Below the pieces are notes generated by a model. That model was not told where the DNA came from, did no database searches, and worked only from the letters and a program-made list of their open reading frames with translations. Below, piece by piece: positions 12,591 to 25,292 of a stretch of 64,000 nt of DNA. The first letter of the stretch is position 1, and every line of letters starts with the position of its first letter. The position numbers were made by a program, and so were the translations under genes. Origin of the DNA: Felis catus (Eukaryota); assembly GCF_018350175.1 (NCBI RefSeq), contig NC_058368.1, positions 208,942,001 through 209,006,000 on the forward strand. The letters are read 5' to 3'.

Positions 12591-14090
12591 AACCCAATAA
12601 AAGAAAGAGACAAAGTGTCCTCACTTGAGATGGACAGCTCACGGATTTTATGTCAAAAGAGCTCAATTATTAACTTCACTTTAACCAGTAACAAAAGTTT
12701 CTTCTAATGATACAAAATAGATAGCCAGAGGGGATCTTAAACTTTTGTAAAATATCAACACTTGGACAGTAACAATGACATACACCCTCACACTCTGGAA
12801 ACAGAGTCAACCTGACTAAAAACACTTCTGGCATAATGCGGGAAATCTAAAACTGAGACTTCTCCTTTAACCTTCTCCTTTAACTGGTTTTATGATCATC
12901 CGAGGCAAAGAACATCGTTCTTTAGGGAAACGGAGATTATTAACTCCTTTATATAGGTTTCCTATCCTTGGGAGTGCCTTATGTTATGATTTGGAGAGTA
13001 TCAAGTCTCACATGTGCATAATACTGGAAAATGCAAGCAGAAATGTTAGAGTTTTAAAGGCCCTCTCCTGAGAGATAGTACAAACTCCAGTTGGTAAAAA
13101 TGTCCTTATATCCTCTCTTTGCAGCTGGTCAGGAGCCTCTGGCAGTACAAAACTCCATACATTATAAGCAACAACCATCCATTTCTGGGTGGCTCTAATT
13201 AGGAACACTTTTCTTAAACTGGGTCCAAGACTCCTTCCTAGAATTCTAACACCTACTTATGGGTCCTGGTCCTGTCATCTGTGGCTATGCTAATTCTAGT
13301 TTTTCTTCTCTAATGCAGTCTGCCAGAATCTCCAAGAAAAATATGACATCTTCCACAAAGTCTTAAAGATAGCATTCTTGAAATCCTAAATGTAATCCAA
13401 ACATTCTGTGGTGCTACCAATGGTCAGTGAGTGTACATCCGGGGGCTGCCGAGATCTGTCTCAATCAATGCAAGAGGAACAACAGCCCTCAAAATGATCA
13501 AAACACATTTTGTAATTAATAGAGACAGTGGAATTAACTATTTTAAATGAGAGGATTTAAGTGAATTGCTGGGCTGAAAATAGAGAAAATTCTAATGGAA
13601 AGAATATTGGTCCTACAGTCAAGCTGACTTCACCTAAATTTTCAGTTTGATACATTTTAGTTTGACCCTGGCCAAACTGCTTAATCTTACTGTTTCTCAG
13701 TTTCTTAATTTTTAAAATTACACATCTTCCCACCCCTAACTTCTTCTCAACTCCCAAAGACACCTTGTTATATCTGACCTACTAATTCCTGCTTATGTCA
13801 ATACCACACATACATTAAGTCTCTCATAGGTACTCCTTTCATAAAGCTGCCAACATGCAACTATGCTAACAAAACACAAACTCCAAGAGCAAGATGAAGC
13901 AAATCCTGGGCTCTCTAACAAGCGAGGCGTACTAGCATTTGTCCTCTCACATCTAGTTCTAGGACCCCCTCAATGGATATAAAATTCCTTTCTCACTGGG
14001 AATCTATTTTCAAGCTTAGTGATAACCAAGCAATTCTGTATTTTCAATCACATGCTAGAGTTATACTGGGATTAAAAATATGCCAGGATT

Positions 14091-14310
14091 GGGGCGCCTG
14101 GGTGGCACAGTCGGTTAAGCATCCAACTTCAGCCAGGTCACGATCTCGCGGTCTGTGAGTTCGAGCCCCGCGTCAGGCTCTGGGCTGATGGCTCAGAGCC
14201 TGGAGCCTGTTTCCGATTCTGTGTCTCCCTCTCTCTCTGCCCCTCGCCCATTCATGCTCTGTCTCTCTCTGTCCCCAAAATAAATAAACGTTGAAAAAAA
14301 AATTTAAAAA
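14091..14310 (+). mobile_element. Young felid SINEC_Fc
   Basis: Perfect TSD aaaaatatgccaggatt. Confidence 0.95.
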
Positions 14311-14831
14311 AAAATATGCCAGGATTTTTTAAATGGCAATATGAAAAGCCAAATAAATGTACATCTAGATGGAACATAACTTGCTCCTGTTTCTCTGATT
14401 TTGGAGACCTGTAGTAAGGAGAATGGGGAGAATACACACGAAGGAATAAGAACTGTCACGTGAACATGCTTTGCCATTCCCTACTCCCATGAAGCCTTCA
14501 TTCTAGTGAGGAAAAACAGACAATAACACCTCTCCAACTGATTCTATGACATTCAGGTTAATATATTGTATGAAAATATGGCATAATGATAAAAAGCACA
14601 GACTGTGCAGCCAGACTGACAAGTTCAAATCCAGGCTTCACCGCTCACCACCCATATGATCTTGGGCTAGCTAGCACCCACTTTAGCTGTTGGGAGAATG
14701 TAATGAGTTAATGCAAGTGGCACACTCCTTTGCAATATAACTTTGCTACTCTTTTCATCAAAATGTGCCATTTACTTCCTAAAACCTGGGGTCTGGGTAT
14801 GGACAAGTGACTTGTTTGGGCTTATAGGACA

Positions 14832-17734
14832 TGTAGCCACAAAAATGTGCCTCTCACACCTCCCACTGCATAAACTGCCACTTGCCCTGCTTCTGTGACT
14901 TGGCCAGTCTTTGCAAGGGCTGCTCCCAGCCAACGACTGAGCACAAGGGATAAAGGACTCCTAATTAATCTGAGTGACATTTTCCTGACATTGTGCTATT
15001 AGTCTGAGACTCTTTTTTGCACAGCCCTCTTTTTTCTTTTCCTTTAATAGAACAGCTTTTTTAAGATACAATTCACATACCATGGAATTTGCCCACTTAA
15101 AGTATGCAGGTCAATGATTTTAGTATTTTCAGAGAGTTGGGCAACCACCACCACGATCAATTTTAGAACATTTCCATCACCCCCGAAAAGAAACCGCATA
15201 TACATTAGTAATCATTCCCCATTTCCCCCCTAACCCCTCAGCCCTAAGCAACCACTAATCTAGTTTGTCTTTGTATATTTGCCTATCTGAACATTTCATA
15301 TAAATTAAATTATACAATATGCTATCTTTTGTGCCTGGCTTCTTTCACTTAGCATCCTGTTCCTGAGGTTCATCCATGGTGTAGATATGTATCAGTATTT
15401 CATTTCTTTTTATTGCTAAATAAGATCCCATTGTATTAATGTACCACATTTTATTTATCCATTCATCATTGGATGGACATTTAATACTCCTTCCTTTCTT
15501 GTCTTTCATAGAGGTATGGCCTGTATCTTTCCAGATTTCTCAGGCTCCCTCCCTTTTTCCCCTTACAGGCCTTTCCCCAGTAAATCTCATATGTTTAATT
15601 CTGGTCTCGGTGTCTGTTTTAGAGAATCCAGACTAACACAAGTGGTGCCATGAGTGATCCAACAACACAGTGGCTAAGATAAGAACGTGGGACTGGCTCA
15701 TTCATTGCCTGGTAGGTAAAGAGGACACTGTCCTAGGTGGACTATGAGGTGCAGATACACTTTAGCACTTGGTACTGGTTCAACTGCTACAGATTTCACT
15801 GGAGGTGACCTGGGAAAACTTCATGGGATAGGGGAATGTCCTTCTGGGTACAATGTTTTAGGCATTTAAAAAATATGGGAGGAGAAATGCCTACAAAGAT
15901 GATAGTGTTGGCTGGCTACTGCTAGGTCATACTGATACCCTACAGAGGGATAATGAGAAACTGAGGGTCATTAACAGTTGAAGACTACATGGGAGAGTCA
16001 GAGGATCAACTGTAGTACTTTTTGAAGAGGCCCTCATCTCCTGCAGTGGAAGAACAGACACAGCCGAGCAACAAACAAAAGAGATCTGGTGGTTAGATTT
16101 ATAGAGCTCCAAAGACATTTAAATGCTCAGCCAAGGCAGGTCTGCTATTCTAGGGTCAGGGCTCTAGTTGGGAAAACCTGAGACCCTGAAATATAGGATA
16201 GGATATCTGGATGGAGGCCCAGAGAATGCTGGATCTGCAGATCGCCCTCCCCCCACCTGGCCACCCTGGGAACCCTCACAGTTTAGAGAGGTGGCCAACT
16301 CTTGCCCTAGAAAGAGCTAGAAATTCCTTTGTTTTGAAAGATGCTACAACTGCCTCTTCCCCACGAGGACCTGCTCCTACCTCCTCCTCTTCTGGCTGCT
16401 AGGCCAATAACTAGGGTTGAATCCCAGGATTACTCATCTGGGGAAGTGGCTGAAAGGAGGAAAGAGATTACACACCAAAAGAGATACAAGGATTAGCTAG
16501 CAGCTACTGGCGGGAGCCCTGACGTGCCTTGAGTTTAAATTGTGAAAATGCTTAATCAAGGGAGCTTTGACATAAGGTTAGATAGGCAGTATACCTTGAT
16601 TGGGGGGGAGGGGGTCAGATTTTTGGAAAAGGACCCCAGGGGATTGGGCAAACAAGCTGCTAGGATGCTGTGAGAGGCCTGGAAATGTGATGGCCAATGG
16701 TGAATGAAATCAAAACACCCTGATTGCCCTAGCAGAGGACAGAGAAAAGAATAAAAAGGCTTGGGGGAGTGTGCATGCTGGAATGGATATATTGTGTCAA
16801 GCTAGAAAACACAGATTATTATTTTTCATGGGAGGGCCCAGAAGAAATACCATTCACCAAGGCCATGCATAGGTGAGACGGCCAGCATCACCAAGATGTT
16901 CAGGGGCAGCTCTCCTCTGCAGCCCAAGGCTAATGTCATGGAGCTGGACCATTAACACCTGCGGGATGATGAGGCCTGAAGTAATAATAGCCAGATCGCA
17001 GTACTTAATTACTAAAAATCAAAAGGCTGCAGTTACCATAATATAAAGCATAATGACTGGAATCAGAGAGGCAGCCAAGGGGGCTTGATGTGGAGGGAGC
17101 TGTGGAGAAGGTTGGCAGAATATGGCATTCCTAGGGGGCAGAAGAGATGGGCAGACAACAAAGGTACTGCTTAATCTCTACCATCAAAAAGAGACGAACA
17201 GAGGAGGCTGAAGGTGGTCACCCCAATAAAAAGTCATGATCCCTTGTTCTGTTCCCATAGCTGAGCCTATTTTCAGATCAGGAGCTTACTGACTACAGAG
17301 ATAGCCAGATCCCCAAGGAAAAGGGCAGTGCTACTCAGTGGAGCAGTAATTCTCCCAGTCCTTCCACAAAGGGACTACTGACTGCAGACTTAATCTAGTG
17401 GTCGTCCCAACTGTAGCTGCTGTGCTGAATGACAGATCATAGCTACAGCAGATCAATAAAGCCTTGAGATGATTCTGGCAAAAGGGATTCCCACTGGCCT
17501 GGTCAAAGCTTTCTTAGAACTGTGCTGCTATCTGAGAGGCTTTCTAGCCAACCCTAATTCCCTCCTACCTTCCCTCTTTCCTCCATAGGAGATGGACCTG
17601 TATCACCATCTGGTAAGCTCTGGCCTCCTCTGACTCCTCACTCACTTGTTCCCTTACAGGAGATTTGGCAATAGAAAGATCTCTTACACATCTAACGCTG
17701 CCTTAGCATCTGCTTCTCAGAGAAGCCTAACAGG
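14832..17734 (+). mobile_element. Degenerate, internally deleted ERVL provirus (LTR16 / ERV3-16A3_I-like)
   Basis: 5' LTR 14832-15640 ending 'ccagactaacaca', then PBS-like 'tggtgccatgagtg'. Gag remnants NAYKDDSVGWLLLGHTDTLQRDNEKLR (about 15890) and MLEWIY (about 16775). RT-like remnant at about 17390-17480. Partial 3' LTR about 17490-17734. 5-bp TSD GGACA at 14827-14831 and 17735-17739. Confidence 0.78.
15030..15482 (-). mobile_element. L1MB-like 3' end inserted in the ERVL 5' LTR
   Basis: 'gatacaattcacataccat...ttttagaacatttccatcacccc...ttttatttatccattcatcattggatggacattt'. Confidence 0.85.
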
Positions 17735-20471
17735 GGACACTAGCAAACGAGACACAAGCAGAGAACTGTAAAAGGTCCATATTTGGGGACTTGCTCTCTT
17801 ACTGTTTCTGGAACCCAGCCACCTTGTGAAAATTCATGGGCTAGCATCCTGGATGACCAGAGACATGCCCAGTCATCCCTGTAGCACCAGCTGACATCTA
17901 GCCAATAGCCAGACATGTGGGTAAGGTCATCCTAGACCACCCAGGTGTTAGTTACCTGTAGATGCAATAGGGAACACAGGAGAAATCAGCCTAGCCACTT
18001 CAGACCAGAAGTATTGCCTAACTGACCTACAGTAGATGTTTGTAGTTTTAAGTTGCAAAGTTTTAGGGTAGTTTGTTAGGCAGTAAAAGTTAACTCATAT
18101 AAAGGATGTGAACAGTGCCTGACAGATACTAAACATTTTATGTGTTGAGCAGTATTATAAGTCAGATGATACTACAGGAGCATAACTCTTTGAAGAAGGT
18201 TGATTCCTTTTCCCCTACCTCGGCATTCTACCAAATAATATCCATCATAAACTAGTCCTAAAATCCAATAATTAAAATTTATTCAGTGTGATCACATCTT
18301 GTACTTTACATAATCACTATGCTCCTCTCTTGCCTTTCTGCATCTCCCTGTGAGAGCAAGAATTCTCTCTAGCAACGTCTCTTAATCCTTGCCCTGGTCG
18401 CTTGGGATCGCCACTGTCTCTAGGTAGTTGTAGTGTGGCTCCAGCCAGTTGCAACCATTCTTATATGTATTCTTGGATACTGAATAAGACGGCTCCAGCA
18501 GACAACACCAGAGAGAAGAAAATGTTTAGAAATAGCTCATTCTTGGAGGGCATGGAAGGGAGGATTGCGTTTACGCTGCTTTTCTTTATGTTACTAGATA
18601 AAAGCTCTTTCCCCACATTTCTGATCCTTTCTTTCAAGTAGGTCAGCTTCAGATTCTTTCTTTCCCAGGAACATCTGAACTCCAAGAACGCCAATGAGTC
18701 TCAGGGAACAGTATATGTTATACATCACATATTATGGTGCTTACAAGAGGAACAAACTTCATAAATACAGCAAATGAAACTCAGAACTTTTGAGTGTGTT
18801 TCAAGGAAATAATATATTTCATAGTAAGTTGACAGTTTTCCAAGTTTCCAGCTTTTTCGAAAGAGATAATTATGCTCCAGCCAAGATGTTTTTCCCTTCC
18901 CTCAGTCCTTCCTTCTCTCTCCTTCCCTTCCTTCCTTTGTTTAAAAGAAATAATTTAAAGCCAAAAGACAATACTATCTGTCAAAGGTTTCTGAAAAGTC
19001 TATTCATCATGCCCCATAAAATAAAACTGTGATAATGAAACTTTTAGAACCCACATTTACAGTGTGAACCACATTTACCGAGGACCTATTATACACACAA
19101 CAGTGAGATACATAAACGAAGAGACCACATGGAATGTTCCCAAAATGTTTTGCAAGTTGGAAAAGGGAGACACACACATAAGACCTCTTGTTCTTTCATA
19201 AAACATTTTCTGCACCCACTATAAGCCAGGTTAGAAGGCACCAAAATGACTAGGAATTGGCCTCTGCTTTAATGGGGAAGCTTACAAGTGAGAAAGAGCC
19301 AGAGACCGAGACAGAATGAGCAAGCGTGAACATTTATGACCGGAGTTGAACTCTCCAGCAGGGTTCTCCATTCTTAGTCCAGGTTCACTGTTGCAACCAC
19401 TGTGATTTCAGAAAACAGGTATGACTTAGCATTTATTTTCCAACTGTGTTTGGCAAAGAGATAGCCAGCCTTCATTCATAACTGGACAGTGTTGCAATGA
19501 CATGCCTGTTGGATCATCTCAAGGCAGGTGACTGCAGTGTGGGACTACCTAGGGCTCTATCTGATGACCAGCTGGAAGCTGCGGCTGCAGGAGAAAGCTC
19601 AGCCACTGAGACGTGTGAGTCACAGGCTGCATATGACGCCACTGCTCTGGAATCTTCTGGCTCCCCATGTGCTTGCAACTTGAAATTCAAGGTGTTTACT
19701 TTAGTCTATAAAACAAACCCCTTATGGCTAAGGCACAAGTTACCTTCACATTAATCTCCCTTCTTATAAACCCTAGCTGAATCAGTTGGTATACCAGTTA
19801 GGTGCTCTAGATTTATGCTTCAGAAAGCTGGATGCAAAAAAATGTTAAAGCCCTACAGAAAACCCAAGCTTTTGGAATTTAAAGAAAGCATAAAATAAAA
19901 CTGTGGACTTTGAGATTCCATTCATAATCCTGAGACATCTTATAGGATCATTTAAAGATGGGGATATTATCTGATTAGAACATTTAAATAGCTGGTATAT
20001 TTTACTACCCCGACTTTAAGCAAAGTATCATTTTTACTGGGGAAAAAATGAGGTAATACAGAATCTCACATGGTATTCTTTAGGTTTCTAAATGAAGATA
20101 TCACCTAAATCATCAAGAATGATTTAAGAAAAAAAGTCCTTCCAGAAATTGCCAAACAGCAGGGTTTCCCAGAGGATGTTTTGTGTAACATCATCCTCTC
20201 CAGGGGTGAGGTGGGGGTGGGGGCCAAGGAAGCCTGGGAAAATAGAGTTTATTTGCAAACTCTTGCCCTTGTCTTGCAAATTCACAATGCACATTAGTAT
20301 ATCAAAAGCCAGAATCTTTTAGATAGTCATCCTGGAATAGTTCAACTTCTTTAACATTTCTGATGCTTATTTGACCAAGGAACTTTTCTTTTATTCAGAT
20401 AGTACCTACCTACTAACACAGATAGAACTAACATTCTCTGGACCTCAATCTGGGAAATACAGTACGTAGAG

Positions 20472-20686
20472 CAAGAGTTAGTAAACTTTTTCTGGGAAAG
20501 GCCACACAGTAAATATTTTAAGCTTTGAGGACTACAGTCTCTGTTGTAACTATTCATTTCTGCTGTTGTAGTGTAAAAGCAGCCATAGACAATAGATAAA
20601 CAAATGGATGAGGCTGTGTTCCAATAAAACTTTATTTAGAAAAAGAGATGGCAGGCTGGATTTGATCCACCGTTTGCTGACCTCTG
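20472..20686. mobile_element. MER58A-like hAT-Charlie MITE
   Basis: Degenerate terminal inverted repeats (caagagttagtaaac...gtttgctgacctctg), 'ggctgtgttccaataaaactttattt'; 8-bp TSD acgtagag/atctagag. Confidence 0.88.
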
Positions 20687-21439
20687 ATCTAGAGAGAACA
20701 AAAATCTTAGGAAAAGGCAATCATTGTTACATAAACTAAAGGCTTCCTTGTGATTCGATAAAAATTTAACTTGTAATACTAACGGTGTAATACTAACGCC
20801 AATAGCAACAATAATGACAGGTACGTTTATTGAATATGCTGCTACTTGGGGCAGTAAAACATACATTTTCTAATTTCATCCTTAAAACAAGCCTCCCGAG
20901 ATACACACATTCTGAGATGTATGTAATTACCTCATTTTACAAACAAGAAAACTGAGGCTTAGCGAGGTGACTTACTCAAAGACATATGACTAGTAAGCTG
21001 TCAAAGCAAAAATTCAAACCCTAATTCTTACTCTTCACTAAAACATCTCTTTTTATTTATATATTCATATATTCTTACATTTATGTATTTACATGAATAT
21101 ACATATATATATATGCTGCCCTGTTTTACAGGCTTCCTTTGGGTTTACGTAGATTATTACAGTAATGGTCCTAAATGAACTGCATGTCCTTGTATCCCCA
21201 GGAAAGGCAGTGTAAGGAGAGGGCGGGGAGGAGCAGATAACATGAAATAACTTTTCTCCTTCAAAATACATAACACATTTTTTTTTAACACTATTTGGGA
21301 TTTCTGGGAGGGTGGGGATTCTATTACAAATTCCATCTAAGGCAGAAGTCAGCAGTCTTTCATCCATAAAGGGTAGTAAAATTATAAATCAGTGATTTTT
21401 CACCCTTCTCCAGTCCTAGTCAATGGATTCTGATACATG

Positions 21440-21690
21440 ATGATAACAATAGCTAACATTTCCTGGGCATTTATTGTGGGCTAGATACTATTCTAAGTGC
21501 ATGCTATGTATTAACCCCTTGAATCTTCTAACGGCCTTATGAGCTAAATACCATTATTATTCCCACTTTCCAGAAGGACATGGCAGAACAGAAAGGTAAG
21601 GTTAGTTGCCCAAGTCAAGTGGCCACTAAGTGGGAGCCAAGATTTAAACCCAAGCACCTGGCCCAGGGCCTATACTCTTATCCACCATTA
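21440..21690 (-). mobile_element. MIR
   Basis: 'ataacaatagctaacattt...attattcccactttccagaag...ttgcccaagtca'. Confidence 0.75.
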
Positions 21691-22189
21691 TGCACATGCA
21701 CACGATCCCACAGCTCCTCTGACTTCAGCCTCCCTCTGCTCTGACCCCCTTTTGCAACTAATGTAGGCCTGGACTTTGAGCACCTTTGCTCTTTCCTTAT
21801 GAGGCCAGTCCTCGCCCCAAACACCAAAGAAAAAGTGGAGAAGTACAGCAAGACAGCGTAGGAGGGTAGGTGAGCACTACAATGGTTTCTGGAAACAAAA
21901 CCATTATCCAAGACTAAACCCAATTCTAGATCACTAGTTAATTCCGTCCATAAGCATAGTTCTTTACTCACAAAGATCACACCAAGAGTCCTTGAAGTAA
22001 TTTAAAACTTGGTAAATAACACAAGTTACAACTGGCAATGAGGAAATCCTGCTAATTGCTGTGGATCTCCTTAGCTGCCCTTTGTATGATGTTACCTTTT
22101 CCCTCCATCTTTACTCTTAAATATGGGGTAAGAGAGGTGAGGATCTTCAGCCGCTTATATCACATAAGAAACACAAATGTGAACACAAG

Positions 22190-22550
22190 TGCAGCTTTCC
22201 ATTCAGCTCTTTAATTGAAGAGGAACTTGAAAGCCACTGTGCCAACACCGGAAGCACAGTGCTGTGGAATGACCTGCCTAGACAGGAGGGAAAGCCCAGC
22301 GGTCCCCCCTTTGAAGTCCAGCTGCCTGAGATTCACTGGCAGGCAACCTTCAAAGAGAGCCGATGCTTCCTTCCCTCGGCCTGGCCGCCAAGCTTCCCGG
22401 GCAGCTGGGCACATTTAGCCACTCTCTGCCCAGCTGTCTGTGAACTCTGGCAGCCAGTTCAAGTGAGGGATAGAGAGGTGGCAGAGAAGGGAGGGTGAGG
22501 AAGAGGGAGTGGCGGGGGGAGGAGGGTGGCGGGCCCAGTGGCGCCAGGGC
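22190..22550. promoter_or_regulatory. Candidate intronic cis-regulatory or structured element
   Basis: GC-rich with retained CpGs, not recognised as a repeat. Contains an inverted TCF/LEF pair, ETS and TEAD motifs, 3 CAGCTG E-boxes, several inverted repeats and G-tracts. Confidence 0.45.
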
Positions 22551-24158
22551 AAAGAGGATGCTGGGTTTCCTTGGAACCGACCTTATCAGTGTCAGTCAAA
22601 AGACCAAGCTTCCAGGAGAGCACAATCCAACTCCACCACAAAGCTACCAGAGAGATATCAAGCTCCTTCAAAAGTTGAGTGACTCTCAAATGTACTCTTC
22701 TAAAGATGGTCCACTTGCTGCAGAAAACAGTCCAATCTCTCCATAAGGATGTAGGGGACAAAGCTAGGATGCAGCATCAAAAATGCACAGTCCTTTACTA
22801 ATTTTGATTTTCCAGCAGCATGAGTTTATGCTTCTTGGGGACTTTTGGGGTTGTTTGCTGAGTTTGTTGTGGCAACCCTTCTGTTCCCCTGGCAGCCAAT
22901 AGCCAAAGCACTTCTCTGTTTCTGCGCCTGTGCAGCAGATGCTTAGAGAAGACTGGCTCATTTAACATAAACAATACCAATGTGTTGTTATATTTATCCT
23001 CTGGAACGATACGCTTGGAATAGAGAATAGTGAGTGTTATCAGCTGCAGGTGCAAAAAGGACGTAGAACAGTTCCATTAGTGACAACAGACTTTCAAAAG
23101 AAGTCCGACTAAGAACAAGATCTTAAATTTGGTAAAGTGGGAGGCTATGAAAGTGACTGAAGTAGAGAAGAATGGAAAGGAAGAACTGAGATGGAGTTCT
23201 CTGGCAGCTATGGTGACAGTGAGGGAGATTGGAAGACAGGAGAAAAATCATCATAAGATCATGAAACCTCTTCTCTAGTTTTGCACAGTCTGGTTAGGAA
23301 AAGAATGAACGGATGAGCTTGCACCATGCACCATGTTACAGGTACAAGGAAGAGACCTAGATATTCAGACAGACTATCATATTAAGTCACTAGCTACAAA
23401 CACATCCTCCTCCCTGCTCTTTAGATCTCTTTAAAACTATACAACACAGGAGCCAGCATCAAGTACAGTGATATCAAAAACATACCATCCAAAACTTATT
23501 GTCCAGCTTTAAAAGTATAACACTGAGCCTACAGAAGATGTGCCAATTAAGACTTGCTGAAATTAATCCAACTGTTTATTCATTCATTCTACAAACACCT
23601 ATGGAGTCCTTGCTGTGTGCAAGGCACTACACTAGGTGTTGCAGATGAGTCACAGATTAGTAAAATGGCTCCTTACTCTCAAGGAGATTTGTCTAGAAAG
23701 GGAAGCAAACCTAAAACAAATATTTGCAATTCACTGTGTAATAAATAACGGCAGTATCCACAAATTGTATAGCGAACCCACAGAATACTAGTCAACTCTG
23801 CCATGGTAGCAAAAAAGGCTGGGAGTGGAGTGAGAAACTGGGCAAAACGTGGTGACAATGCTCGACTGTGGTCTTTGAAGAAAAAGTAGAAGATCACTAG
23901 GAGTACAAGTGAAAGTTATTCCACTAGAGGACTCAGAATATAAAAGACTCAGAACTGTGAAATAGCACACTACTTTTGGAACTAGAGGTGGGAATCAAGA
24001 ACAAAACCGTAGCACGTAAGACTGGAGAGCTGGAGTCAAATTATCAGTGCCCTCAGATATCCTTCTACAGAGTTTGAATTTGTACCTTATGGGCAATGTT
24101 GAGAAGTGTTTTAAGGAGAGAGGGGTAATATTGTATCTGTATTTTGAAAGATCACTCT

Positions 24159-24357
24159 GGGGGTGCCTGCGTGGCTCATTTGGTTACGCGTCCGACTTCG
24201 GCTCAGGGCATGATCTCATGGTTCATGAGTTCGGGTCTTGCATCAGGCTCTCTACTATCAGTGCAGAACCTGTTTGGGATTCTCTCTCTCCCTCTTTCTC
24301 TGTCCCTCCCCTGATCACTCTCTCTCAAAAATAAACATTAAAAAAAATTTTTTTAAA
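24159..24357 (+). mobile_element. CAN-SINE
   Basis: Head, (CT)n, tail; gatcactctg on both flanks. Confidence 0.9.
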
Positions 24358-25292
24358 GCGGGGGAGGGGGGGAGAAAAATGATCACTCTGCAGCAGTGGG
24401 AAAGATAAACTGAAAAAGGAAAGACTGGGGGCAGGGAGATAAGTTAGGTGGTCCAGGTGAGGGCTTGAAGCTGGGGAATAGAGGAGTACAACTGAGAACA
24501 ATTTCAGTTGTAGTTGTAGGCAGTTTCAGTGAATCTGTGAGAGCAAATATAACCTACTCTGGATAGATACCTGACAAAAGAGAAGGAAGAGCAGGAAAGG
24601 GCTTCTGTTAAACCAAATAAATAAAAAGCAGGAGCTTGAGCATACATTCTAGGAGCAGACAGGGATGAAAAGGATGAAAATACAGGAAAGGGAGAAACTG
24701 ATGGAATGAGGTCTCAGAGGAGGCAGAAAGGACCCGAGATCAAGTGCACAGGTGGAAAGATTAGTGAGGAGCTGGAAGACAGACCTCTCCCATGGAGCTG
24801 CAAGGAAGGAGGCTGGGAGACAAGTAGGTATCAACCCAGAGACATTTGCACACATCAGGGGGAAAAGTCTGACAGAGGTCCAGCCCACTGTCCTTACTTT
24901 TCCAGATAGAGAAAGGGAGATAACTGAGTAGGGGGTGGGAATTACAAGGTGGACCAGAGAAGAGCTGGGTAAGTTTGAAAATACCCATCGGGGTGAAATA
25001 ACAGAGAAATCTAGATAATAAAAAGGAAGGGATTACTAAAGGCAAGGATGGCTCAGGAGAAAAGGTATATCATGAATCTGGAATGATACCAATCTGCAAA
25101 ACTGTGGGATTTATTATATTAGACTTAGAGCCAGAGCAAAGCAGCAAAGAAACCACACTACTGGGGCTGCGGCAGAGGAAACAGAAAATAAAGCACAGTT
25201 TAAATCTTGGTAAAATGTATACTGCAGAAGTCCAATGTCTTCTGCTTTTTCTCCAAGTATTGTGCCCCACAGTTAACTGGTTTAAAAATGCA

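Larger units (their letters stand above)
14717..18101 (+). mobile_element. MLT1 (F/G/H-like) LTR split into about 14717-14831 and 17735-18101 by an ERVL provirus
   Basis: The halves rejoin as 'gtgacttgtttgggcttataggaca|ctagcaaacgagacacaagcagag', an MLT1-like run; 3' end 'ttttagggtagtttgttaggcagtaaaagttaact'. Confidence 0.7.

Noticed and set aside
15641..17490. Domesticated gag gene from the ERVL
   Set aside because: Multiple stops and frameshifts; no long ORF.
22230..22440. H/ACA or C/D snoRNA interpretation of the tandem hairpins
   Set aside because: No properly placed ANANNA hinge with a terminal ACA, and no C/D box pair, on the host-gene strand.
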